NCBI GenBank assembly: GCA_965645245.1
Contig: OZ287087.1
Coordinates: forward strand, 124,001-188,000
Direction: 5' to 3'
Length of the DNA: 64,000 nucleotides
Source: Massalongia carnosa
Taxonomy: Eukaryota
Position numbers and translations under genes: made by a program. The notes beneath the pieces were generated by a model. The model was given only the letters and a program-made list of their open reading frames with translations, had not been told where the DNA came from and did no database searches. Below, piece by piece: positions 47,122 through 59,900 of this stretch (position 1 is its first letter; each line of letters opens with the position of its first letter).

Positions 47122-48829
47122 CGAAGGATGACGCTAAAAGTCCTTGCTAGCGTACATGAGGACGTGCATTAGTGTTTATTAGCTTACAAGGGGAATACAG
47201 TACTAAAATAGTCTAGAAAATCTCGTATTGCTTCTGTTCTCTTAGTCAAAAAGACAGTACTACTACATCTGATATTCAGTAGAAGGTTTTAATCATCATC
47301 ATTATCATGTCCAATGCACAGAGCAATATTCTCACGATTGCACAAAGAATACAGGCTTTAGCGCTTGTAGAACACGAAATTACGGCGAAAATCGTGCAAG
47401 AAGTGACTGGAGTCTCCACAAGATCGATTTCAGCTCTCAAAATCAAAGCACGATAGCGTGGATATGATCCAGCTGTATCTCGTATTTTAAAAGTAGAATA
47501 TATAGAAGATGCACCTCGTTCAGGACGACCTAAAAAGGTTACACCGGAGGTAGAGCAAGCTATATTGAATAATGTAGTGCAAGATCGAAATAGCAGAGAA
47601 AAATCATCAGCTATGATTGGCTTTGATCATAAACTCTCCTCCACTACTATACTTCGTACGCTTAAACAGAATGGGTTTCGCCCCTGTAAAAGCACGAAAA
47701 AGCCTGGTCTAGATTCGATCATGAAAGAGGCTCGTCTGCAATTTTGTTTGCGATATCAGCACCGGACTATTGATGATTGGAAGAACGTTATATGGACTGA
47801 CGAAACAAGCATTATATTGGGTTCTAGACGTGTAAGAAGACTTCAGTGGCGTACCTCGAAAGAAATGTATACTAAAACGTGTATTCGACGTAGATAGAAA
47901 GGATGCTCCGAGTTTTTGTTTCGGGGCTGTTTTTCGTACGATAAGAAAGGACCTTTTCATATCTGGAAAACAGAGACTGCAAAAGAGAAAAGAGAGGCTC
48001 AAATTGAGTTAGACAAACTCAATGAGACTTTAGAATCAGAATCTAAAGAGAATTGGGAGTTAGAAACCAGCATGAGACTAATGAAGCTACGTAATCCAGG
48101 AGGTCGAAAACCTATCTGGAAATGGGATAAAACACACGGTAAAGTCGTTCGAGATGGCAAGGGAGGTGTGGACTGGTATCGTTATCAAAAACTCGTCTTA
48201 ATTCCTAAGCTTCTTCCGTTTGCAAAAGAATGTATGATAGATCGACCAAACACTATCGTACAGGAGGACAAGGCCCCCAGTCACGCATCCAAACATCAAA
48301 ATCTGATCTTTATGGATTTTAACGTCATGCGTCTGTTATGGCCTGGAAATTCTCCTTATCTGAACATGATCGAGCCTTGTTGGTTCTAGATGAAGCGAAG
48401 AACCACTCCATTAGGTGCTCCGCGGACTCGTATTGAGGCTGAAAAGGCCTGGACAAAAGTGCTGGATGGAGGAGTTGACGCAGAAAAGAATTCAGTCCTG
48501 GATTGAACGTATAAAGCGAGAGGTTGACGAGGTGATATTGTTGGACAGAGGTAACGAGTAGAGAGAAGGTAGAGAGATCGGAGTCGTACGACCGTATAAT
48601 AAAGAAGATCGCCATGTTCGATATCATCGCGCTCATCTCAAACGAAAAAGCACTGACAGCGATAAATTTGAGTGATAAAGATGATAGAGGTGGTAACTCT
48701 AAATAGCTTCATGCGATTATTCGATTGATTGATAGGTAATAAATATCTATCCATGCAAATATACCCATTTAAAGTGGCTTTTTTAGCTGCATATTTAGCG
48801 TTAGCAAGGACTTTCAGCGTCATCCTTCG
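47122..48829 (+). mobile_element. Tc1/mariner element of a different family with pseudogenised transposase
   Basis: ~31-bp TIR CGAAGGATGACGCT(A/G)AAAGTCCTTGCTA with TA TSD. Motifs RSGRP, IWTDET, QEDKAPSH and WPGNSPYLNMIE, with several stops. Confidence 0.95.
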
Positions 48830-48989
48830 TAGACAGATCTCAATAGAACATACCTTCATGCAGTCTTCTCTCCTCCCTACCTGATATACCATTTAACTAC
48901 TTCTACGAATACTCTCCGAGTCTCCGTTGAGAGATCTTCCTAAAGAACAGTTGACCGATGACAAGTTAAAGAAAAGAATCGACGTATTT

Positions 48990-49906
48990 AATCGCCAATT
49001 GTCAATGATATAAATGCTGTGCTGCCAGTGAGAACTAGGTTAGTAAGCCGGTCTTCATTAACCAAGTGGTGACTAGTTTCATCGCTCTAGATAAGTCAGT
49101 AATGAGTGAATAATTATTTGTTCCTATGGAGCGTAACATTGAATATCTGTTACTGTTGAGTTTGCAAAACATGATTACATGTTTCGCGGTTTGTTTTGGC
49201 CAGCCACATGGACACTTCGGTGTCAAGACGTCGGGAACGCGACGTCTAAATAGGAAGTCGGCCAGAGCTATCTTTTCTGAGCGTATCTGAATTGTTAGAG
49301 CGCTTTCTGCTTTAGCTAGAGTTTCGTGTAATTTGATGCGTTTTTTTGTGAGTGGTGCTGCTTGTGCTGGAGTAGGTGTAGATATGAGGTTCTGATATGA
49401 TTTCCAAGAGGTCTGCCATGCGTCTATATATCGTTGTTTTATTTTTGCGATTATTTTGCCTTGAACGGCACGCGCTTCTTGGATGTCTCGAGCTGTATTT
49501 GGGGGGGTTTCGGCCCATGGTGGGTTTGCTACCGGCATCAGGCTTTTTTGTGTATCCGATGTTATTTTCTTGGCCCATGCATATTTCAGCGTTCCCGGAG
49601 TACTCGCAGGAGCTCGCTTTCGTCCAGCCCGTCCTCTGAGTTTGTTTGCAATGGAGTTGCATGCATTGACGATGAATCTCTTTCGACCTCCCTGACACAA
49701 GCGATATCAACCCTGAGCCTGAAGTTGATCTAGATGTATATCAATTGGGGCTATGAACGTTTCCGCTTCCAGTACCGGTATGGGAGTCGCCTTAAATGCC
49801 CCAGCTATAGTTCGTAAGCATTTATTCTGTATGACGGCTAGCTTGTTTGTTTGAGATGCCGTTCGATTTTTTTATGTCCTTTGGCGTGTGCCATATGGTA
49901 CTCGTA
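48990..49906 (-). pseudogene. LINE ORF2 3' fragment
   Basis: QNKCLRTIAGAFKATP and C-terminal zinc finger CPCGWPKQTAKHVIMFC. Confidence 0.85.
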
Positions 49907-51564
49907 CAGTACTAGGCCAAAAGTCTGCGGCCCCGTACCCCACCAACATTTCTATTCAATCAACAATCAACTATAACGGTTCGACCAAGCGTGGTGCGGA
50001 CGGCAGGACCTACAGCGAACATAGCAGGAGTCCCAGTTATTGTAGAATAGAGCTTGGTCTGCGGACTAAGTATTGTGCCTTTTGGTCGGGAAGGACAGGT
50101 GGCGCAATGGTAGAAATCTATTCACTATCTCGCTTCGTCACATCAACCACGTCATGATTGCTGAAATGTCTTGAAATTTTACATAATGATTACATACATA
50201 CTGTCAGTCAATTTAGTGGGCAAGCAGTAAAGAGAATTGGGGAAAATTCTTTCAATGCAAGCAATCATCACCTCAATTCCAAGTGTCTATCTAAAACGTA
50301 AATCATTCTCCAATCACCAAGAGCTTAGATTAATAAATCAAGCTCAATACAATCTAAACAAGAATTCCCCCAAATAGTGATTTTTAATATTTAGTATACT
50401 ATCCTTCCGACGCTATACACGCTTTTATCCTCCTATTCATGCTCTCTATTAACCTCCTCATCATTTTCACATCTATCAAAGTCTAGGCTTCTTCTAACGC
50501 TTTCTAAAGTACCTCACGAACAGTTTCATCACTGCCGATCTCATATCTTATGTTCGGGTTGACTTGATAGACGAGCTTTTTGAGCACATACCAAACGTGC
50601 TCGATGGGATTTAAATTAGGTGAATAGGGGGGCCAATCGATGACCTCTATGCCGTTCTCATTGAACCATTCCATACCCTTTTTAGTCTTATGTATAGGTG
50701 CGTTATCCTGCATGAAAATGAGGCCCGGTTGCCAAATTCCAAGCAGATTATCGTTCAATAATTCCAGATATGAGTTCGCCGAGTACCCCATCTTCTTCGC
50801 AGCAAAATCACGAGCCAATTTGTAAAGATCTGACCTGTCATCTCTCCAAAAAGCTGCCCAAACCATGACACTGACTCCTTTGCCTTTGGGGACAGGTTGT
50901 ATCATCTCTTTATTCCATTTTTCTTTCGGCAATCTGAACACCCACTGACGCTGTTTTCCTGACCCCTTTCCCACCGAGCACTCATCTGACCATATAACTC
51001 TTGACCATTGCTCAAAAGTCCACTCACGCCGCAGCAAGCACCAATCCAATCGTTTCTGGGCCACCTCAGGCGTCAATAAAGGTCTTTTTTTAGCCACCCA
51101 GTTGGTTAAATCATACAGTTTGAGTGCCCGATAAATGGTCGTACGACTGCAACCGAGCCCCACTTCTAGTTTGATTTGTGCATATGTGATTCGTGGATTG
51201 ATTCGTGCATGCTTGATGATATAACGTCGATCGCGTTCTGACAGCACTTCAGGCCGTCCAGAATGTGATTTAGACACGCCCTCGTTGCGAATTGAGTGCT
51301 TCTGAATGGTGCTCTGCACGGTCGATTTAGTGAAATTAAGAGTCTTCCCAATCTCGGTCGGTGTGTGCCCCAACGCCTGGGCCCCAAAAATCATACCACG
51401 TTGATATGGTGTCAATTCAGTGTTACGAGGCCGATAACCACTTATGGGGTCAAAGAAGCACGAAGCATGGTGAAATGATGAGGTGGAAGATGGGGGGTTG
51501 ATGAGTTGAAAGCGCGAAATCACGAAAATCACGGGTTGGGCCGCAGACTTTTGGCACGGGACTG
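49907..51564 (-). mobile_element. Tc1/mariner element copy B, same family as copy A and inverted relative to it
   Basis: Same TIRs, TA-flanked. Motifs WSDE, QDNAPIH and SPNLNPIE, with premature TAG at 50504. Carries a solo LTR at 49972-50142 (TSD TCAAC) and a second insertion at about 50202-50351. Confidence 0.95.
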
Positions 51565-51566
51565 TA

Positions 51567-54500
51567 AATGTCGGGAGTATCAAGGAGCAGCCGCCATTTG
51601 ACACTCCCCCTGCGGCGCGATATCATTTACCGTTTTCATCCTAAGCCTTCTGCAGTTTCAACTGATCAATGAAGCGTTTGAAGAGAGGCTTGTTCAAAGG
51701 TTTGGTTAAATCATCGGCGATCATTTCCTCGCTTGGCACGTAGTCCATCTGAATTCGATTGCGTTTGTGTAGGTCTCGAATATGATAATAAGTCACATCT
51801 ATGGGCTTGGACCTTCCATGAATGTGAGCGTCTTTAGTCAGTTGAATGGAAGCCTGATTGTCTCCTTTCAGCTGCATTGGAGAGTCAAGTTCATTCTTGT
51901 CGCTCTCGCGGATGTTCACACTGGGATTGAAGTATTTGGTGAAACCTATATCCTTCATTAGCTGAACGAGTCAAAGACCCGCTTTAGCATGTGGAAAGAG
52001 TCTTATATTCAGCCTCCGTTGTTGAGGTTGCGACCGATTTCTGCTTTCTGCTCATTCATGATATAGGCCCTCCCTCTAACATGTACACGTATCCCAGGAT
52101 CGATTTCCTTTCCAGTCTGTCGGCTGCATAGTCTGAGTCGGAGTATTCGACGAGGTTCTGATCCCCCCTAGTCCCGTATAGTATGCCGAGATCGATGGTG
52201 GATCGTACGCATCTAAGGAGCGCTTTGAGAGCGTGACCGTGATGGATGGCAGGATCGCTCAGATATTGGCTTAGTTTCCCGAGAGCAAACGCTATATCCG
52301 GACGCGTATGAACTGCTGCGTACATGAGGCTTCCAACGATCTGTTGATACTTTCTTTGATCTATGCGCTCGTCGTCTTGTCCAGCTGGTCGTAGCGAATC
52401 GTAGCCGTTCATGGGAATTTCGGTAGGCCTATGCTTGTGAGCGCTCATGTGTGTTCGCTCGATCACATCTTTAAGGAAGTGCGTTTGATTAAATCGCAGT
52501 GTGTAATTCTTGCGGTCACGGGTGACTCGAATGCCGAGAATCTTTGAGGCTTCTCCCAAATCCTTAATGCTGACGGCATTGTTGAACTCCCTTTTGAACC
52601 AGTCGATCTCTTTCATTATCTTGGCGGCTATCACTAAGTCATCTACGTGCATAAATATAATGATATTTCTGGTGAAGTGAGTGAAGAGGCATGGGCCGGA
52701 TGAACATTGTTCGAATCCCAGTTTGATCAGTTCATTAGTGCAGCGATTATGCCACTCTCGGGCAGATTGCTTGAGACCATACAAGCTTTGCAGTATCTGA
52801 AGAGCTCTGCCAGGGGCGACCCTGACTCCTTCTGGTGCAGTCATGTAGATAGTATCATTTAGAGATGATTGGGTGAATGCATTGTTCACGTCTACCCGAT
52901 GGCATTCCAAATCTTCCAAGGCTACTATGGCGAGTACTGCGCGCAGGGTGTCTGATCTCACCGTAGGAGCGAAAGTGTCCTCATAGTCGATGCCGTATTT
53001 CTGGGTGAATCCGCGGGCGACTAACCTTGCTTTTAATTTCTCCAACGAGCCGTCGATATTCAGTTTGACCTTGAATATCCATTTGCAAGTGACGATGTTC
53101 GTTTTCGGTGGTGGGAAGACTTCTTTCCAGGTCTTATTGCCAATCAGCGCGTTGATCTCGGTGTCTACCGCTTCCTTCCATAATTCCCCTCAAACCGGAT
53201 CATTCACCGCTTCGCGATAAGATCTAGGTGTCGGTATGTCTTTCCCTGACGGTGGCGCCTCCGCTGACATGACTGACTCTCATTTGAGCTGCCCGTCTTC
53301 GTCATCATGATCTGCGTACCATGCTAAGAAGGCGCGAGGTATTTTGAAAGCCGGTTCCTCGTGAGCTGCATCTTCCTCATTGGATCGTTTGCGTTTAGGG
53401 ATCGTCACATGCGAAAACATGGTAGCTTTAGGTGCATTCGTGGTGGAAGAGGGGTTAGGAATTGGTATTGGCTGCATGTCTTGGATTACATCATTTTGCT
53501 TTGGCTGATCAGGAGTTGCAGTCAAATTGGATGAGACTTTACTGTGGTCAACTTAATTGCAACTATCGCTTTCTTTGCTAGGAATTTCCACATGTGAAAA
53601 TCTTTCCACGATTTTGGCAGCGGGTTCGCTGATTTTCGTTTCCATTTGTGGTCTTCCTACTGGCCGTCTTTCAGGTAACACATTGGGGGTTTGCTTTCGC
53701 AGATTCAGATCCATGTCGCCTCCTTTTAGGCTCTCGTCGAACCTTACCACATGGGTTCTGATAACTCTGCCCAGATCGGGCGCCCAAAGACGATATTACT
53801 TGGTAGTCTCTTCTACGTATCCCATGAATACTCCCACCCTTCATTTATCCATGAACTTATCCCGTCTTCCTCCTGCAGGCAGTGATTTGGGATCGACGTA
53901 CGAGTAGCATTTGCAGCCCCAGACGCGAATGTGATCGATGGAAGGTTTGATGCCGGTGAAGGCCTCCTCGGGGGTGCTTGCATTTTCATCGATGATTGGT
54001 CCACATCCTGTGCGATTACGAAGATATGCGTCCGTCTCCATAGCCTCCTTCCAGAATTCGATAGGGAGCCCTGCGTCTTTGTCATGGCTCGCACCGAGTT
54101 CTCGGTGGTGCGTATGACACGCTCGGCGACTCCGTTTTGAATGGACATATGAGGTACGGTGTATTGTGGAATGATACCAATTGAGGCACATCATTCGTCC
54201 AATGTGGTCTTCAATTCGGTGGTATTATCGCTTCGCACGGTCAGCAATCTTTGCGCACTTTGCAGCCCGACTTCAGTCTTCACTTCCGTAATTCTCCTGG
54301 TGCTTCTTCTCGTTTCTTAAGCGGGATGGATCATATCTTTCTGAAGTAGTTGTCTACGATTTTCAGGAAGTAGGTGTATTCTTCTCGAGGCAGGTAGAGG
54401 ACCGCAGATGTCAATCGAGATCAATGCCAGTAAAGAAGTCTTTCGCTCGATTGCCTTGCCTTTCCTATTGATGAATTTGGTGAGAGCGCATACCTCGCAG

Positions 54501-55724
54501 ACATATTCCTCGTTGCTAATTGGAATCGGCTTTTCTAGAGTGATTACCTTGTGCAGATTGCGCAGCTTTTCTCGAACCAATGGGTGAATCTTCGATGCCA
54601 TAGTCTGTATGTTTTGGAAGTCTTGTTGGGGGTGGGCGTTGACGTTGTTTCGATATTCATGAAAGTTGGCAAATCCGCGCTGCGCGGCTTTGGCCTATCT
54701 GAGGAAGATAATGGTACCTGGTGATTCTCTTTGCTTGAAAGGGCAATGTCATGATGCATGGATGCGGTTAAAGCAAATTCATCGAGATCTGTTGCTATTC
54801 TCTCGACGATATATACTCCCCCTCGCTGCCGTGCTTCTAAGATCTCTTTGTCCTGCTTATCGTGCATGCGTAACCCGTGCTGATTGAACCTTTCAACGAG
54901 ACCCTTCTCGCACATTCGCTTGCCAGATAAAAGATTGACCCCCAACTTGGAGACGTAAAGAACAGAAGAAAGAAATCCCTTATTACCGTACTTGTCCTGT
55001 ATCACACATGTGCCGCGATGATCGGCATATAGCTCTCCTCCGCCGACCTTTATTCTTCGTCTCCTGATTTTGGTCAGAGGTTCACTGAATAAATAAAGTG
55101 CGTCAATCATGTGAGATGATGCGCCAGAGTTAGCTACCCATTTTGATCTGGGGATCTTACTGACTGCTTCCCCAGAGAGAGCTGCAGTTTCCTCAAGATC
55201 ATCGAGATCATCATCATCGTAGCAAGGTGTGAAGTCTTCTTCTTCTTCTTCCTCCTTTTCTGACTGACCGGCGAGATAACTCCGATGGCGTTTGGTGGGT
55301 TTCTTGCCCTTGCCGGACTTCTTCTTTCTTACTAGACCTATGGCGTACAGCCGGACGCTCTCTAGGAATTCAGTCCCTTATCCGATGGGATTTGTCTCCG
55401 CAGATGTGACAGCCTCTTCTCACTTCCTCCTTGTTCTTCGTTTCTTTTCTTGAGTTCGTGGAGGTTTCGTGTTTGGGGTGTGCGTTGTGACTTCTGAATG
55501 GATTGAATGGCCTTCGCTCTTGATTCTGCTTTGGCTTCTTCGGCCTTTGAGTGCGTTAACTGCATTTCCTTGTCTTCCACTCTCTTTATGCCGATTTCGA
55601 CATCTACTCCCCCGATTGCGTCGATGCCATCTCCGATGGCGGTGTATTCAGCAGGGAGGGATTGTAGAAGCAGTTGGAATAGTTGTTGAGCTGGAAATGC
55701 GTTTACTAGACTAGGCGTGGCCAT
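51567..55724 (-). mobile_element. Degenerate Ty1/Copia retrotransposon
   Basis: Order PR (WVANSGASSHM), LWHRRF, IN (QNGVAER), RT (KARLVARGF, LYGLKQSAREW, HVDD), RH (DNQASI, MIADDLTKPL). PPT followed by an LTR start at 51603. Many frameshifts and no 5' LTR. Confidence 0.95.
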
Positions 55725-55877
55725 GATGACATTATCTTCACCTACTGACTACCTGAAATGCATAATTCACCAAATTATAGACTTCGGTCAGCGCATTCAG
55801 ATGATGCAAAAATATCGAAAATCGAATTGCTTTTGATGATGATATGATGATTGAAAGGTCAAAAGGTCAAAAATATT

Positions 55878-56294
55878 GCGCCCAAAGGAGCGGAAGTTGC
55901 TCGAAAATCTAACGGTTCTTCTCCTCACCTGCCTCACAATCATCATCTAGTTACTACCGTTTGCTCATAATTTATCAGCTGATAAAGGTCACTCAGCGGA
56001 CTTGACTGAAGTAAAAATCATCGAAAACGAAGCGGCAATGCAAAAGTTTTGATGTTTCAAAGATAAAATATGGCCTCTTTCCACCGGTCGCAATTTGAAG
56101 GCTTTTTCAACTTTAAACCATCAGAACTTTTGCAAAAGCGACTCGTTTTTGCTCATTTCTGCATCATTCGAGTCCGCTGAGTGACCTCTATCTGCTCATA
56201 AATTATGAGCAAGCGGTAATAACTAGATGATGATTGTGGGGCAGGTGAGGAGAAGTACCGTTAGATTTCGAGCAACTTCCGTCCCTTCGGGCGC
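55878..56294. mobile_element. Foldback/MITE-like inverted repeat
   Basis: ~125-bp imperfect inverted arms (about 55878-56005 and 56168-56294) around a non-coding spacer. No TSD seen. Confidence 0.7.
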
Positions 56295-56984
56295 GATCCT
56301 TCTTACAGCGTCGGCATCGGAACGACGAAAATCCTAGTTTCCGCATTAATGACCAATGAGAGCCTAAATCCGAAATGCTGAGAGCCAATCATTTTTTAGA
56401 CCGAATTGAAAGCGCTGAGAGCCAATCATTTACAAAAATCCAACCAATGATAGCACAGAACCGGAGGATTGAGAGCCAATTGTTCGCGGATTTCACTTAC
56501 GTTTCAGGGCATTTACTTATGCAATAACTTTGTTAGATAAGCGACTGAACCCTGACTCTGACTCTTTTCGTAACATATTTCCTGATACAGTTATCTGTTG
56601 CATGAGCGGATGTGTTGTATTGATGATCCGGGATTCTTACCGAGCACACCCTCAGCTTTTCCAGATGTTACAGCACCAATCAGGAAGCAATACTCAGCGC
56701 TCCTGCAGTTGCTATTATTGCGCCAATTAGGTAGGAAGCCAAACTGAATCTTCTGCAGGCGGCCAAGCAAGACAACCTATGAAGGCGAACCCGTGATAGC
56801 GCCGCTTTTAGTGCCCATACTCTAGGTCCTTACCGCCCATAGGCACTTATCGCGATTTCTAATCAGGTGCTAAGGCTACAGAATACAAGTCGGCATGATT
56901 TCGTGCAAGGAGCCGTTTAAATCGAGCGTGTCTACCTCTTTCAGTATTCATCCCTAGATATCTCGGACTCAGAACCATCCAAAA

Positions 56985-59900
56985 ATGACCGGATCCTCCC
57001 CAAGTCGATCCCTTCTAACGCGTACTTTCGCAAGGCGCGATGATATGAAAGACTCCAAGGGACCCTTGGGATTGGGCACCCTGTCTGAGCCTTTGGGCCC
57101 AGCGATTGCAGACTTGGTGTTTGTACATGGTCTAGGAGGTGGTTCCCGAAGCACTTGGACGAAATCTACAGATGAGTCGCTCTTCTGGCCTCAGGAGTGG
57201 CTTCCGGTAGACGGAGGATTCCGAGATGTTCGCATACATTCGTTCGGTTACAATTCCAACTGGGAGAAGGAGAGTACCCTAAATATCCATGACTTTGCAA
57301 GAGCGCTTCTTGGGTCGCTGCAAGATTGCCCTACGATTCCTCGAGACTCAAGAGTACGTATTGCTCCTCAATATCGCAAAATCGTTACATGTAGTTTCCC
57401 TTAGGTCAATAACTTTGTCGTTGCTTAGCATTGGAGATACTGACGCGGCCCACAGGCATCGTTAATTTTCGTGGGCCATAGCATGGGGGGTCTTGTTATC
57501 AAGAAGGCGTACATTCTTGCTCAACAATTCCGAGAATTTCGATCTATTGGCGAGCGAGTTCGCGCCATGTTTTTTTTAGCAACTCCTCATCGAGGCTCAG
57601 ACCTTGCAGCACTGTTGACCAGGATCCTCCATGCAGCTCATGGCGCCAGACCATTTGTTCAGGATTTACATCGCAACTCTTTGGCGACACAATCAACAAA
57701 CGATGAGTTTTCACATCACTGCCAGAACTTGCAGCTTTTTTCCTTCTATGAGACACTCCCAACTAATTACGGTATCGGAAAAGGTCTTGTGGTTGACAAA
57801 GATCTAGCAGTCTTAGGTTATTCCAACGAGCGAATAGCATACATGAATGCAAATCATCGCGAGATCTGCAAGTATGACGGTAAAACTGATCCAAACTATC
57901 TACTCCTCCGCAACGCTCTTGCTTCAACAATCGACGGTTTCCGAGGTCGGAAGTCCTTGTCGCAGCACGATCTTGATATAGAGCAGCGAACCCTTCTCGA
58001 TAGCTGCCTTGACATGTCAGATATAACAGAAGATGACTTTATGGGTGTCGACGCAAGACGATTGAGTGGATCTTGTGAGTGGCTAATGGAAAGAAAGAGT
58101 TTCCAAAGGTGGCGAGACTTGTCTATAAATGCGCATATATATTGGATTAGCGCAAAACCAGCCACAGGAAAAACAGTCCTTTCGGGTTTTATTGTCAAAT
58201 ATCTCAAAGAGCTAGGTGAAGATTGCGCATTCTACTTTTTTGATTATGGTGATAAGGTCAAGGCGACTATCAGCTTTTGGCTGAGATCTATGGCCTGGCA
58301 AATGGCCATCAAGCATCCAGAAATTTTAATGACTGTCTTTGAGATTTGCAGCAAAGATGATCAACTTGCTAAAGCAGATTATCGCACTGTATGGCGAAAA
58401 TTATTTCTCGATGGTTTGTTGAGGGTGAAGATCGATAGACCTCAATATTGGGTGATTGATGCACTAGACGAATGCAGGAGCGATTTTGAGCTGGTTTCTT
58501 TACTTTTGAAAGTTTCAGAAATGCTGCACGTACGGATCGTTGTTACATCTCGGAACAAGTATGAGTCATACAGTCAGATTATACCTTCGAAGATAAATGT
58601 GATCTCTGAGGAGATTTTAGAGGACGACACCAAGTTGGATATATCACTTTATCTGAAAGCAAGCATGTGTTTTCTTCCTTCAGTTAATGAAGGCGACCGT
58701 CAGAACACAGTAGTCAAGATCCTCGAGAAATCAGCTGGATGTTTCCTGTGGGTCAACCTGGTCATGAAAGAGCTGAGACAGGTCCACACGGCTGCAGAAG
58801 TTTTCCAGGTACTTGAAGACGTTCCTTCTGACATGGACGAATTATACTCCCGAATACTCAACTCAATGTCAAAAACACCCTACGGCAAAATACTTGCGAA
58901 AGCAATTCTGACCTGGACGGTGTGTTCGGCAAGACCTCTCACCACCGAAGAGTTGTATCATGCCCTTCAGCTTGACATCAAGGATAGCATAGACAGCATC
59001 GAAAAATCTATAACATCTTGTTGTGGTCAACTGGTCTACGTTGATACAAGGTCCCGCGTACACATGGTACACCAGACTGCAAGAGACTTTCTACTTCGAC
59101 CAACTAACCCTTCTGAATTTGCAATAAACAGGAAAACGGGTCAAAAGCGTCTGGCAACGACTTGTCTGCAATATCTCTGTGGTAACGAGATGAAAGGCCC
59201 GAGATCTCGGAAGCTGAGCTTAAATAATGTTGTCAAACCACAATGTGCGTTCGCCCTTTATGCATGCAGTGCGCTTCATGAGCATATTGGTCACGTTTCT
59301 TCAACAGATGACGAGGTTTTCCTTGAATTAATGAAGTTCTTGAGATCTTCAAATATTCTATCGTGGATTGAACATCTTGCACAGATCCCCAACCTCAGCT
59401 GTATAATTCAGACCGGTAATTCTTTGAGAAATTATCTTCGACGAAGATCAAGATCCGTTTCTCCTTTTGGTAAGGATTTCGCCACCTTAGATTCCTGGGC
59501 GATAGATCTGGTTCGATTGGTGGCTAAATTTGGAAAGAATCTGTCAGCCTCACCTGCTTCGATCTTTCACCTTATACCACCATTTTGCCCACCAGAAAGT
59601 GCCCCAAGAAAACAATTCGCGGCCTCTGTGCGTGACATCACTGTTCTTGGCTTGTCTGCCACGACTTGGGATGATTGCCTATCTACCATAATCCACCCAG
59701 GCGAGCAACTAACGGCTTTGACATGCTGCGATAAATACTTTGCCGTTGGATTATCCAATGGCCGTTTCGTGGTCTACCAAGATTCGACATGTCAAGAGAT
59801 TCATACATTGCAGCACCAGGAACCTTTAAGGATGTTACAGTTTGGTCAGAAAGGGAATGCGATCGCTTCTGCGGGAATGAAAACTATACGCCTCTGGGAT

